From positions 12,593-76,592 of the forward strand of contig CAVPDC010000024.1 in assembly GCA_963702595.1 (NCBI GenBank): a stretch of DNA of 64,000 bases, written 5' to 3'. A model generated the notes under the pieces. The model saw nothing but the letters and a program-made list of their open reading frames with translations. It ran no database searches and was not told where the DNA came from. Positions 48,038 through 60,944 of the stretch are shown one piece after another. This DNA is from an uncultured beta proteobacterium. GTDB taxonomy: Bacteria > Pseudomonadota > Gammaproteobacteria > Burkholderiales > Burkholderiaceae_F. Position 1 is the first letter of the stretch. Each line of letters opens with the position of its first letter. Position numbers and translations under genes: made by a program.

Positions 48038-48347
48038 TATAATTATTTCTCCCGATCAGCCAGTTGACTCCAGTCTGCGCGGCTTGCCCGATGCCACTTG
48101 CCCAACTTCCCTCGCCGACCCGGTCGCACCGTCCCTGCCGGCACCGAGGCACGACGTCCTGCAGACACGGGACTGCTCGCGGCACTGAGCAGGATCACTG
48201 CGCACGCCGACTCGCAGCAGTACACTCGACCGGCTTTCCCGCCCGCTTTTGCGCGCGGGTCCGCCATTCCGATTTCACGGTTGTCGTTCTGCGTCCGCCC
48301 GTGTCCGAATTCATCATCACCACTCGCACTCCCAGGAGAACATTGCC

Positions 48348-49334
48348 ATGAGCAAAGCCCCCGTACGCGTTGCCGTCACCGGCGCTGCCGGACAAATCGG
48401 CTACTCGCTGCTGTTCCGCATCGCCTCCGGCGAGATGCTGGGCAAGGACCAGCCAGTGTTCCTGCAACTGCTCGAGATCCCGGATGAGAAGGCGCAGAAG
48501 GCGCTCAAGGGCGTGATGATGGAACTCGACGACTGCGCGTTCCCGCTGCTCGCAGGGATGGAGTCGCACAGCGACCCGGCCTCAGCCTTCAAGGACACCG
48601 AAATCGCCCTACTTGTTGGCGCGCGCCCGCGCGGACCGGGCATGGAACGCAAGGACCTGCTGACAGCCAATGCGCAGATCTTCACGGCGCAGGGCAAGGC
48701 GCTCGACAAGGCCGCCAGCCGCAACGTCAAGGTACTGGTCGTCGGCAATCCGGCCAATACCAACTCCTACATCGCGATGAAGTCCGCGCCGTCGCTGCCC
48801 CACGGCAACTTCACGGCAATGATGCGGCTCGACCACAACCGCGCTCTGTCGCAGCTCGCCGCCAAGACCGGCAAGCCGGTCGCCTCGATCGAGAAGATGG
48901 TCGTGTGGGGCAACCACTCCCCGACGATGTACCCGGACATTCGTTTCGCGACGATCGGCGGGCAACCAGCCGCACCGATGGTCGACCAGGCCTGGTACCG
49001 CGACACCTACATGCCAACGGTCGGCAAGCGCGGCGCGGCGATCATCGAAGCGCGCGGACTGTCGTCGGCCGCATCGGCCGCCAATGCCGCGATCGACCAC
49101 ATCCGTGACTGGGTGCTCGGTACCAACGGTCGCTGGGTGACGATGGGGGTTCCGTCGGATGGAAGCTATGGCGTGCCGGAGGAAATCATCTATGGCGTGC
49201 CCTGCACCTGCGCCGGCGGCAAGTACGAAGTCGTCAAGGGACTGGCGATCGACGAGTTCTCGCGCGGCAAGATGGACAACACGCTGAAGGAACTGCTCGA
49301 AGAGCGCGACGGCGTCAAGCATCTGCTGGGTTGA
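48348..49334 (+). CDS. mdh: Malate dehydrogenase (NAD)
   Basis: 328 aa from the ATG at 48348. [25 protein letters not shown]. Confidence 0.95.
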   Translation: MSKAPVRVAVTGAAGQIGYSLLFRIASGEMLGKDQPVFLQLLEIPDEKAQKALKGVMMELDDCAFPLLAGMESHSDPASAFKDTEIALLVGARPRGPGMERKDLLTANAQIFTAQGKALDKAASRNVKVLVVGNPANTNSYIAMKSAPSLPHGNFTAMMRLDHNRALSQLAAKTGKPVASIEKMVVWGNHSPTMYPDIRFATIGGQPAAPMVDQAWYRDTYMPTVGKRGAAIIEARGLSSAASAANAAIDHIRDWVLGTNGRWVTMGVPSDGSYGVPEEIIYGVPCTCAGGKYEVVKGLAIDEFSRGKMDNTLKELLEERDGVKHLLG

Positions 49335-49369
49335 GCGCGACCCAACGCCGCACACGAGGAGACACGCGC

Positions 49370-50251
49370 ATGAGCCGATCCGCCGGAGCCCGCTTCCGCC
49401 GGGCACTGAAGGACGAACAGCCGCTTCAGATTGTCGGCACCATCATCGCCAACCATGCGTTGATGGCCCGGCACACGGGGTTCCGCGCCATCTACCTCTC
49501 AGGCGGTGGCGTGGCGGCCGGGTCGCTCGGCATGCCGGACCTCGGCATCAACACGCTCGACGACGTCCTGACCGACACGCGCCGTATCACTGACGTGTGC
49601 GACCTGCCGCTGCTGGTGGACATCGATACTGGCTTCGGGCCAAGCGCGTTCAACATCGCACGCACGGTCAAGTCGCTGATCAAGGCCGGCGCTGCTGCCT
49701 GCCACATCGAGGATCAGGTCGGTGCCAAGCGCTGCGGCCATCGCCCTGGCAAGGAAATCGTCACCTCTGAGGAAATGGCTGACCGCGTCAAGGCGGCGGC
49801 AGACGCGAAGACCGACACCGACTTCTTCGTCATCGCCCGCACGGATGCGATTGCCGTCGAAGGCGTGGACCGCGCGATCGAACGCGCGATCGCATGCGTC
49901 GAGGCCGGCGCGGACGGCATCTTCGCGGAGGCGGCGAAGGACCTGCCGACTTACCGCAAGTTCGTCGATGCGGTGAAGGTGCCGGTGCTGGCAAACATCA
50001 CCGAATTCGGTTCGACGCCGCTCTTCACCGTCGAGGAGCTGAAGAGCGCGGGCGCGGCGATGGTCCTGTATCCGTTGTCGGCCTTCCGCGCGATGAACAA
50101 GGCCGCGCTGAACGTCTACACATCGCTGCGTCGTGACGGAACGCAGAAGGCGGTCGTCGACACGATGCAGACGCGGACGGAACTGTACGAAGTGATCGGT
50201 TATCACCGGTACGAACAGAGCCTCGACGCATTGTTCGCCAAGAAGAGATAG
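49370..50251 (+). CDS. prpB: 2-methylisocitrate lyase
   Basis: 293 aa from the ATG at 49370 (RBS GAGGAG). PEP mutase/ICL family motifs YLSGG and KRCGH. Confidence 0.9.
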   Translation: MSRSAGARFRRALKDEQPLQIVGTIIANHALMARHTGFRAIYLSGGGVAAGSLGMPDLGINTLDDVLTDTRRITDVCDLPLLVDIDTGFGPSAFNIARTVKSLIKAGAAACHIEDQVGAKRCGHRPGKEIVTSEEMADRVKAAADAKTDTDFFVIARTDAIAVEGVDRAIERAIACVEAGADGIFAEAAKDLPTYRKFVDAVKVPVLANITEFGSTPLFTVEELKSAGAAMVLYPLSAFRAMNKAALNVYTSLRRDGTQKAVVDTMQTRTELYEVIGYHRYEQSLDALFAKKR

Positions 50252-50270
50252 CGTAACGAGGGATAAGACG

Positions 50271-51436
50271 ATGAGCGAAGTGCAAGTCGCGCCGGGCAAC
50301 GGCGCCCAAGGTCAAGAAGTCCGTCGCCTTGTCCGGCGTGGTCGCCGGCAACACCGCACTGTGCACGGTCGGCCGCACCGGGAACGACCTGCACTACCGC
50401 GGCTACGACATCCTCGACATCGCGGAAGCGTGCGAGTTCGAGGAAGTTGCGCACCTGCTGGTCCACGGCACGCTGCCCAACAAGAGTGAACTGGCGGCGT
50501 ACAAGGCCAAGCTGAAATCAATGCGTGGACTGCCCGCGAACGTAAAGGCCGCGCTCGAGTGGCTGCCGGCTTCGAGTCACCCGATGGACGTGATGCGCAG
50601 CGGTGTCTCGGTGCTCGGCTGCGTGGTCCCCGAGAAGGACGACCACAACACCCCAGGCTGCGAAGGACATCGCCGACCGGCTGATGGCCTCGCTCGGTTC
50701 GATGCTGCTCTACTGGTACCACTACAGCACGAACGGACGTCGCATCGAGGTCGAGACCGATGACGACTCGATCGGCGGGCATTTCCTGCACCTGCTGCAC
50801 GGCAAGGAGCCCAGCGACCTGTGGGTGCGCGCGATGCATACGTCGCTGATCCTGTACGCCGAGCACGAGTTCAATGCATCGACTTTCACGGGGCGCGTCA
50901 TCGCAGGCACTGGCTCGGACTTTTATTCGGCCATCACCGGCGCGATCGGCGCGTTGCGCGGGCCGAAGCACGGCGGTGCCAACGAGGTCGCGTTCGAGAT
51001 CCAGAAGCGCTACGAGACACCCGACGAGGCCGAGGCCGATATCCGCCGTCGTGTCGAAGCCAAGGAAGTCGTCATTGGGTTCGGACATCCGGTCTATACG
51101 GTTTCCGACCCGCGCAACAAGGTGATCAAGGATGTGGCGCGGCGGCTGGCCAAGGACGCCGGCAACATGAAGATGTTCTCGATCGCCGAGCGGCTCGAGT
51201 CGGTGATGTGGGGCGCAAAGAAGATGTTCCCGAACCTCGACTGGTTCAGCGCGGTCAGTTATCACATGATGGGCGTTCCGACCTCGATGTTCACGCCGTT
51301 GTTCGTCATCTCGCGCACCAGTGGCTGGAGCGCGCACATCATCGAGCAGCGCCTCGACAACAAGATCATCCGGCCGAGCGCCAACTACATCGGTCCCGAC
51401 GACCTCAAGTTCGTTCCGCTGGCGAAGCGGGGCTGA
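50271..51436 (+). pseudogene. prpC: 2-methylcitrate synthase, split into three frames by two 1-nt insertions (about 50305-50307 and 50651-50654) as sequenced
   Basis: Pieces: MSEVQVAPGNGA (frame 1), KVKKSVALSGVVAGNTALCTVGRTGNDLHYRGYDI...PEKDDHNT (frame 2), [23 protein letters not shown]...GPKHGGANE...GFGHPVYT (frame 3). 1166-2 nt makes 388 codons, the expected PrpC length. Confidence 0.85.
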
Positions 51437-51918
51437 TGGTTGAGGCAACGCTTAACGGCCTGACGGTACGCCGAGCTCAGCGCGGCGACCTGCCGCGCCT
51501 GCTCGAACTGCTGGCCGACGACGTACTCGGCAAGAACCGCGACGGCATGGGCAGCGATGATCCTGCGTACATCCGCGCCTTCGACGCGATCGACCGCGAC
51601 CCCAATCAGACGCTGCTGGTTGCCGAACTCGAGAGTCGCGTGGTCGGCATGCTGCAGATCACATTCATACCGGGCCTAAGCCGCCGCGGTGCCTGGCGCG
51701 CCAACATCGAGGCGGTGCGAGTCGACAGCAGCGTGCGCGGCCGCGGCATCGGCGGCTGGCTGATGTCGCGCGCACTTGACCAGGCGCGCAAGCGCGGTTG
51801 CCGGCTGGCGCAGCTCACCAGCGACAAGCGCCGCGCGGAGGCTCACCGATTCTATGAACGACTCGGGTTCACCGAATCGCACATCGGCTACAAGTTGCTG
51901 CTGGAAAACGCCGAATGA
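51436..51918 (+). CDS. GNAT-family N-acetyltransferase
   Basis: 160 aa. Acetyl-CoA motif VRGRGIGGWLMSRALDQARKRG. ATGA-type overlap with the prpC stop. Confidence 0.8.
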   Translation: MVEATLNGLTVRRAQRGDLPRLLELLADDVLGKNRDGMGSDDPAYIRAFDAIDRDPNQTLLVAELESRVVGMLQITFIPGLSRRGAWRANIEAVRVDSSVRGRGIGGWLMSRALDQARKRGCRLAQLTSDKRRAEAHRFYERLGFTESHIGYKLLLENAE

Positions 51919-51986
51919 GCCCGCACAACTTCCCGCCACCCGATTTCAATACCTGATCCACCAAGACTAGAAAGGAACGACCCGAC

Positions 51987-53438
51987 ATGGGCAGCCACAT
52001 CAGCAACGTCCGACCAAAGCCCGACAAGGTGCTGGTAGATATCGCCGACTACGTCATCAAATACAAGATCAAGAGCAAGGAAGCGATCGACACCGCGCGT
52101 TACTGCCTGATGGACACGCTGGGTTGCGGCTTCGAGGCGCTCGAGTATCCGGCCTGTACCAAGATGCTGGGCCCAGTCGTTCAGGGCACCGTGGTTCCGA
52201 ACGGCGCGAAGGTGCCGGGCACGCAGTTCCAGATGGATCCGGTGAAATCGGCGTTCGACATCGGCGCGATGATCCGCTGGCTCGACTTCAATGACACGTG
52301 GCTCGCGGCCGAATGGGGCCACCCGTCAGACAACCTCGGCGGCATCCTCGCTACCGCCGACTGGCTGAGCCGCAACGCAGTTGCCACGGGCAGGAAGCCG
52401 TTGACGGTGGCCGACGTACTGGTCGCGATGGTCAAGGCCCACGAGATCCAGGGCTGCATCGCGCTGGAGAACTCCTTCAACAAGGTCGGCCTCGACCACG
52501 TCGTGCTGGTCAAGGTGGCTTCGACCGCCGTCGTCGCGCAAATGCTGGGTCTCACGCGCGACGAGATCATCAACGCGGTGTCACTTGCCTGGGTCGACGG
52601 CCAGTCGCTGCGCACCTACCGCCACGCACCCAACACCGGTTCGCGCAAGAGCTGGGCCGCGGGCGATGCGACCAGCCGCGCGGTGCGGCTCGCGCTGATC
52701 GCCAGGACCGGGGAGATGGGTTACCCCTCGGTGCTCTCTGCCAAGGGCTGGGGTTTCTACGACGTGCTGTTCAAGGGCAACGAGTTCAAATTCCAGCGGA
52801 CCTATGGCAGCTACGTGATGGAAAACGTTCTTTTCAAGATCAGCTTCCCGGCCGAGTTCCATTCGCAGACCGCCGTTGAAGCCGCGATGACGATTAATGC
52901 GGAGCTGAAGAAGCTCGGCAAGTCCGAAAAGGACATTAGGAAGATCACTATCCGCACGCACGAGGCGTGCATCCGCATCATCGACAAGAAGGGGCCGCTG
53001 AACAACCCGGCCGATCGCGACCACTGCATCCAGTACATGGTGGCGGTACCGATCATCTTCGGCCGGCTCACCGCCAGCGACTACGAGGACGCGATCGCCG
53101 TCGATCCACGCATCGACGTGCTGCGCGACAAGATAGAGTGTGTCGAGGACAAGTCCTTCACCAAGGACTACCACGATCCGGCCAAGCGATCGATCGCCAA
53201 CGCGCTGACGGTCGAATTCACCGACGGCAAGAAGCTGAAGGAGGTCGTTGTCGAGTATCCGATCGGGCACAAGCGCCGCCGCAAGGAAGGCATGCCAGTG
53301 CTGGTCGAGAAGTTCAAGACCAACCTGGCGCGCGTCTTCCCGGCCAAGCAGGCCGCTGCGATCCTGGACCTGTGCCTCGATGCCAAGCGGCTCGACGCCA
53401 CTCCCGTCAACGAATTCGTCGACCTCATGGTCATCTAG
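51987..53438 (+). CDS. prpD: 2-methylcitrate dehydratase
   Basis: 483-aa MmgE/PrpD family protein in a prp operon context. Confidence 0.9.
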   Translation: MGSHISNVRPKPDKVLVDIADYVIKYKIKSKEAIDTARYCLMDTLGCGFEALEYPACTKMLGPVVQGTVVPNGAKVPGTQFQMDPVKSAFDIGAMIRWLDFNDTWLAAEWGHPSDNLGGILATADWLSRNAVATGRKPLTVADVLVAMVKAHEIQGCIALENSFNKVGLDHVVLVKVASTAVVAQMLGLTRDEIINAVSLAWVDGQSLRTYRHAPNTGSRKSWAAGDATSRAVRLALIARTGEMGYPSVLSAKGWGFYDVLFKGNEFKFQRTYGSYVMENVLFKISFPAEFHSQTAVEAAMTINAELKKLGKSEKDIRKITIRTHEACIRIIDKKGPLNNPADRDHCIQYMVAVPIIFGRLTASDYEDAIAVDPRIDVLRDKIECVEDKSFTKDYHDPAKRSIANALTVEFTDGKKLKEVVVEYPIGHKRRRKEGMPVLVEKFKTNLARVFPAKQAAAILDLCLDAKRLDATPVNEFVDLMVI

Positions 53439-53465
53439 CAGCCCAACCGCATACGAGGCTCTCCC

Positions 53466-56282
<2,817 letters not shown>

Positions 56283-56369
56283 CGACGGGCAATGCATACG
56301 GTGCGCGCCGCGCGGACTGCACGGTGCGCACCGATGACACCAAACCCAATCACTTCAGACCCGCCAACG

Positions 56370-56510
56370 ATGCGCCACGACGAGCACCCCAGGGAGTACC
56401 CGCCAATCGAAACGCGTCATGACGGCGAGTCCCGCTGGTCGGCAGTACTGCCGCTGCTGCTGCTCGGACTGCTTTCCCTGATGCTCCTGCAGACCTGCCT
56501 CGGCCACTAG
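56370..56510 (+). CDS. Possible 46-aa tail-anchored membrane peptide (hypothetical)
   Basis: MRHDEHPREYPPIETRHDGESRWSAVLPLLLLGLLSLMLLQTCLGH. High GC3 and one clear TM helix. No recognisable family and no obvious RBS. Confidence 0.25.
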   Translation: MRHDEHPREYPPIETRHDGESRWSAVLPLLLLGLLSLMLLQTCLGH

Positions 56511-56601
56511 GCGGCTCGCGCATCGGCCGCGTAAGGGTGCGCGCGCCGATCCCGCGCCCAACCGTGTGCTAGCCTCATCAGGCCTTCCCGGTCACTCGAG
56601 C

Positions 56602-57741
56602 ATGCCCGCCGATTCCGCGCAGACCGTCATACCTCCTGCGGCTAGCCTCGACCGGGAACCGACCGGCGCGGTGCTGCGGCTGAGCGGCGCGTGGCGACTC
56701 GCCGGACTCACGGTCATTGAGCGCGAGCTGACCGCCCTGAAACTTCCCGCCGAGCTGGCGATCGACGGTGCGGCCGTGACGGACATCGATACCGCGTCCG
56801 CGCTGCTGCTGCTCAACCACCTAAAAAACGCCGGCGTCGACGTGGAGCGACTGGCGCTCGCAGGCTTCGCAGCAAACGAGGCACGCATCGTGGACCAGGT
56901 GCGCAAGCGGCTCGACGAGGTCAACACTCCCTGGCCTCACCGTCAGGAGGGCCTGGTCGCCCGAATTGGCCGGGAGACTATTGCAATCATCCGGCTGCTC
57001 ACGGGTCACCTGAACTTCCTCGGTGAAACGCTGGCCCAGATGTTCCGGTCACTGGTCGCGCCGACGACGATCCGCGGCCGCGAATTGACGGCGCAGTTCG
57101 AACAGGTCTGTCTCAATGCGATCCCTGTCGTGGCACTGGTGACGCTGCTGATCGGGGTGGTCGTGGCCTATCTGCTGGGGCTCCAGGCGGAAAAGTACGG
57201 CGCGAACATCTTCGTCGTCGACGGCGTAGGCATCGGTGCAACACGGGAGTTCGCACCGATCATCGTCGCCGTCATCGTTGCCGGCCGCTCCGGTGCCGCG
57301 TTCACCGCCCAGCTCGGCTCCATGCGGCTGAACGAGGAAACCGATGCCATCCGCACGTTGGGACTTTCAACCATGGACGTGCTCGTTCTGCCCCGCGTGT
57401 TTGCGCTGATGGCGGCGATGCCGCTGCTGGTCTTCGTCGGCGACGTCATGAGCCTGCTCGGCGCGCTGTTGATCGCCGACCCGATGCTCGACATCACTCC
57501 GACGACGTTCCTCGGACGCCTGCAGGAGAACCTTGCGCTCAAACACGTGTACGTCGGGCTCCTGAAGGCCCCGGTCTTCGCTCTCTTCATCGCGGTGATC
57601 GGCTGCCGCATGGGAATGACCGTGCAGCGTGACACGCGCGCCCTCGGCGAAGCGACCACGTCCACCGTGGTCCAGAGCATCGTCGCAGTCATCCTGCTCG
57701 ATGCAGGTTTTGCAATCCTGTTCCAGGAACTGGACATCTGA
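56602..57741 (+). CDS. MlaE-family ABC permease with an N-terminal STAS-like domain
   Basis: 379 aa from the ATG at 56602. The C-terminal MlaE/YrbE permease fold is followed by ATPase, MCE and lipoprotein genes. Confidence 0.85.
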   Translation: MPADSAQTVIPPAASLDREPTGAVLRLSGAWRLAGLTVIERELTALKLPAELAIDGAAVTDIDTASALLLLNHLKNAGVDVERLALAGFAANEARIVDQVRKRLDEVNTPWPHRQEGLVARIGRETIAIIRLLTGHLNFLGETLAQMFRSLVAPTTIRGRELTAQFEQVCLNAIPVVALVTLLIGVVVAYLLGLQAEKYGANIFVVDGVGIGATREFAPIIVAVIVAGRSGAAFTAQLGSMRLNEETDAIRTLGLSTMDVLVLPRVFALMAAMPLLVFVGDVMSLLGALLIADPMLDITPTTFLGRLQENLALKHVYVGLLKAPVFALFIAVIGCRMGMTVQRDTRALGEATTSTVVQSIVAVILLDAGFAILFQELDI

Positions 57742-58514
57742 TGCCGGCGCCCGCAGCTGTCATCGAGATCGACTCGATCGTTACCCGATTCGGCGAGCAG
57801 GTGGTACACGATGGCGTCAGCTTTGATGTCGAGCGCGGCACGCTTGTGGCGCTGATCGGCGGCAGCGGCAGCGGCAAGTCGGTACTGCTGCGCGAAATCA
57901 TCGGCCTGCAGCGGCCGACTTCCGGCCACATACGCCTGCTTGGCACGGACGTCTGGCAAGCCAGCGCCGACGAGATGAACGCGACCCGCCGTCGCTTCGG
58001 AATGATGTTCCAGGACGGGGCCCTGTTCTCCTCGCTGACGGTCGCGGAAAACATCGCGGTCCCGCTGACCGAGCACGCACAGGTTCCGGAAGACATCCTC
58101 GACGCACTGGTCAGCCTGCGCCTTTCGCAGGCCGGGCTCGGCCCTGATGCCGCGCCCAAGATGCCGAGCGAACTCTCGGGCGGCATGCGCAAGCGCGCAG
58201 CCATCGCCCGCGCCCTCGCTCTCGAGCCCGAAGTCCTGTTCCTCGACGAGCCGACCTCGGGGCTCGATCCGACGACCGCGCGCGGCTTCGACGCGATGGT
58301 GCGGTCGCTGGTGGACGACCTTGGCATCACCGTGTTCCTGGTCACGCACGACCTCGACACTCTGCTCACGGTTGTCGACCGCATCGTGGTTCTGGCGAGC
58401 GGCAAAGTGCTGGCCGACGGCAAGGCGCGCGACGTGATCCAGGTCGACGACCCGTGGGTCCGGAGCTACTTCTCGGTGCGGACGATGGTGTCCGGCTCGC
58501 CGCGGCCCACTTAG
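57741..58514 (+). CDS. ABC transporter ATP-binding protein (MlaF-like)
   Basis: 257 aa. GGSGSGKS, LSGGMRKRAAIARAL, LFLDEP. Confidence 0.9.
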   Translation: MPAPAAVIEIDSIVTRFGEQVVHDGVSFDVERGTLVALIGGSGSGKSVLLREIIGLQRPTSGHIRLLGTDVWQASADEMNATRRRFGMMFQDGALFSSLTVAENIAVPLTEHAQVPEDILDALVSLRLSQAGLGPDAAPKMPSELSGGMRKRAAIARALALEPEVLFLDEPTSGLDPTTARGFDAMVRSLVDDLGITVFLVTHDLDTLLTVVDRIVVLASGKVLADGKARDVIQVDDPWVRSYFSVRTMVSGSPRPT

Positions 58515-58526
58515 AATCCTGAAATC

Positions 58527-59462
58527 ATGGAAGCGGAAGCCAAGTACACCTACGTCGGAATCGCGGTCATTGCACTGCTCGCGGCGCTCGTCTCGGGGAT
58601 CGTATGGCTGAAGCACAGCGGCAGCCGCAGCGACTACAACTACTACACGATCTACTTCGAGCGCCAGCCGCTGGACGGACTGCAGATCGGCGCCGATGTG
58701 TCGATGCGCGGTATCAAGGTCGGGCGCGTCGAGGACTACGCGCTAACCAAGAACATCAATCGCGTTCGAGTGCTGATACGTACCGATCGGCGCACGCCGG
58801 TCAGCACCAACACCGTCGCCGTCGTCAATCGCAGGTTCGTCACCGGTATCGCGAAAATCGACCTGGAGACCCCGGAACCCCCGGGCCCGCCGCTGCTCGA
58901 CGTTACCGGCGACGAGTCATACCCCATCATTGCGGAGGGCACGTCGAATCTCGACGAGATCGCCAGCCGACTGAACCGGATTGGGGAGACCGCGGCCGAG
59001 ACCCTCGAACGCCTTAACGACGTGCTGAAACCGGAGAACCGCGCCGCCCTCGAAAAGACACTCGCGAACCTGAATGACCTGACCGGCAGCCTGAACCAGC
59101 GCATGGCGGAACTCGACCGGACGCTGAAATCCATCCAAGGTGCGGCAGCGGGCCTGGATCGGGCCGGCAACAGCGTGGCCAACTTTGCCGATGGCACCCG
59201 CCAGGACCTGCGGCCGGCGCTACAGCAGGCAGATCGCACGATGAGGGACCTCTCCGCCGTTGCCGTCGCACTGGAAAAGCAGGCCACGCAGCTTTCGCAG
59301 TCGATCGGCTCGACGGTGACCTCGAGCGGTGATCAGGTGTCGGCCGCTGCCGCCGAACTGAGATCGACGGGGGCAGCCTTGAACCGGCTGATCGATCGCC
59401 TGCAGGATCCGCGGGCGGCGCTGCTGGGTCCGTCGCCCGCACAGCGCGGTCCGGGAGAATGA
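58527..59462 (+). CDS. MlaD/MCE-domain protein
   Basis: 311 aa. N-terminal TM helix, an MCE domain (GLQIGADVSMRGIKVGRV) and a helical C-terminus. Confidence 0.85.
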   Translation: MEAEAKYTYVGIAVIALLAALVSGIVWLKHSGSRSDYNYYTIYFERQPLDGLQIGADVSMRGIKVGRVEDYALTKNINRVRVLIRTDRRTPVSTNTVAVVNRRFVTGIAKIDLETPEPPGPPLLDVTGDESYPIIAEGTSNLDEIASRLNRIGETAAETLERLNDVLKPENRAALEKTLANLNDLTGSLNQRMAELDRTLKSIQGAAAGLDRAGNSVANFADGTRQDLRPALQQADRTMRDLSAVAVALEKQATQLSQSIGSTVTSSGDQVSAAAAELRSTGAALNRLIDRLQDPRAALLGPSPAQRGPGE

Positions 59463-60109
59463 GGATGAATTCGATGCTCCAGCGGATCGGACTACCGGCC
59501 CTGGTCGCGCTGCTCGCTGCCGGCTGCGTCTCGGTGGACATCGGCAAGGACACGGCGACAGAGCTGGCGCAGTTCCGCATCCTCGACGCCGCTGTGGCGA
59601 CGCCGCCTGCCGGGCCGCCCACCGGCCGGCAGCTCGTTATCGCGCCCCAGGCGTCCCCGTCCATCGACGACTCGTTCGCACTCGCCTACTCGCGCGTGCC
59701 CAACCAGCGTGCCGCTTACCAATTTGCGACCTGGAGCGACCGGCCTTCGAATCGCCTGGGCCAACTGCTGGTCGACCGACTCTCAGCGCGGCGCGCTTTC
59801 ACGTCGGTGACGCTTGCTGGACGCGGCGTGGCGGGCGACCTGCAGCTCAACCTGAGTGTCGACGACTTTCTGCACGACGCCACGACGAGTCCCGGGACGG
59901 CGCGCGTCGCAATCACCGCCGAGATGATCGACCGTGGTACGCGCAGGCTGATCGCGCGCCAGAGCTTCAGCGCCACGGCGCCGGTCGCGGAGGCCAACTC
60001 GGCGGGCGCGGCAGCCGCACTCAGCGCCGCCAGCAGCCGCGTTCTCGGCGAGCTCGCCGCCTGGGCCGAGGCAAACGCCGTTTCGGCGGCGCCCTCGCCC
60101 GTTCGCTGA
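59459..60109 (+). CDS. ABC-type transport auxiliary lipoprotein (DUF330/PqiC-like)
   Basis: 216 aa. Lipobox LLAAGCV. ATGA overlap with the MCE gene. This is the usual fourth gene of such clusters. Confidence 0.7.
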   Translation: MRMNSMLQRIGLPALVALLAAGCVSVDIGKDTATELAQFRILDAAVATPPAGPPTGRQLVIAPQASPSIDDSFALAYSRVPNQRAAYQFATWSDRPSNRLGQLLVDRLSARRAFTSVTLAGRGVAGDLQLNLSVDDFLHDATTSPGTARVAITAEMIDRGTRRLIARQSFSATAPVAEANSAGAAAALSAASSRVLGELAAWAEANAVSAAPSPVR

Positions 60110-60117
60110 GACCCCCG

Positions 60118-60507
60118 GTGCGCGACGCCGATCGCCCGTCGTCCGCGCGCAACGTCCTCGGCGGGCCGCTGGCTGCGTGCTGCGAGGACCCGGCGACCGG
60201 CTACTTTCGCGACGGCTATTGCCACACCGGGCCGCAGGACGTGGGTTCGCACACGGTGTGCGCGCGCATGAGCGCGGAGTTCCTGGATTTTTCACTTCGA
60301 CGAGGCAACGACCTCACGACGCCGCACCCCGAGTACGCGTTTCCCGGCCTGCAACCGGGCGACCGCTGGTGCCTGTGCGCGGCACGCTGGCGCGAGGCGC
60401 TCGAGGCAGGCGTTGCGCCGCCGGTGTACCTCGCCGCCACGCACGAGAAAGCGCTGCAGTTCGTCACGCTCGAGCAGCTCGCACGACACGCGCTCGACGC
60501 GAAATGA
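60118..60507 (+). CDS. DUF2237 family protein
   Basis: 129 aa. NVLGGPLAACC...GYFRDGYCHTG...HTVCA...GDRWCLCAARW is the conserved DUF2237 pattern as recalled. GTG start. Confidence 0.8.
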   Translation: MRDADRPSSARNVLGGPLAACCEDPATGYFRDGYCHTGPQDVGSHTVCARMSAEFLDFSLRRGNDLTTPHPEYAFPGLQPGDRWCLCAARWREALEAGVAPPVYLAATHEKALQFVTLEQLARHALDAK

Positions 60508-60944
60508 ACCCGCCCGCCCCACCGCGCGCGGTGATCGACACCAATGTCCTGCTCGACTTCTGGGTGTTCGAGGAGGCGACCGCGGCGCCGCTGCGCGCCG
60601 CCGTGGAAGCTCGCCGCGTGCATGTGCTGCGCAGCGACTCCTGTGTCGACGAGTTCTCGGATGTGCTCGATCGTCCGGCGCTAAGGGTTGCCGCGGCCGA
60701 GCGCTGCGAAATCCTGCGTCACTGGCATGCGCTCGCCGCACCGATCGACCGCGTCTTCGCGGCGCCCTTCGCCTGCTCCGACACGCACGACCAGAAGTTT
60801 CTCGATCTTGCACACACGGCGCGCGCCGACTGGCTCGTGACCAAGGACAAGGCGCTGCTCCGACTGGCACGGCGCGTGCGGCACACAGGCCTGCGGATCG
60901 TGCAGCCGACCGCCACGAACCCGCTGCTTGCCGCCTTGCCATGA
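60504..60944 (+). CDS. PIN-domain protein (putative toxin-type nuclease, TIGR00305-like), no adjacent antitoxin
   Basis: 146 aa. Has AVIDTNVLLDF (first acidic residue), SD...DEF and D.KFLDLA...DWLVTKDK motifs. 4-nt overlaps with both neighbours. Confidence 0.7.
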   Translation: MNPPAPPRAVIDTNVLLDFWVFEEATAAPLRAAVEARRVHVLRSDSCVDEFSDVLDRPALRVAAAERCEILRHWHALAAPIDRVFAAPFACSDTHDQKFLDLAHTARADWLVTKDKALLRLARRVRHTGLRIVQPTATNPLLAALP

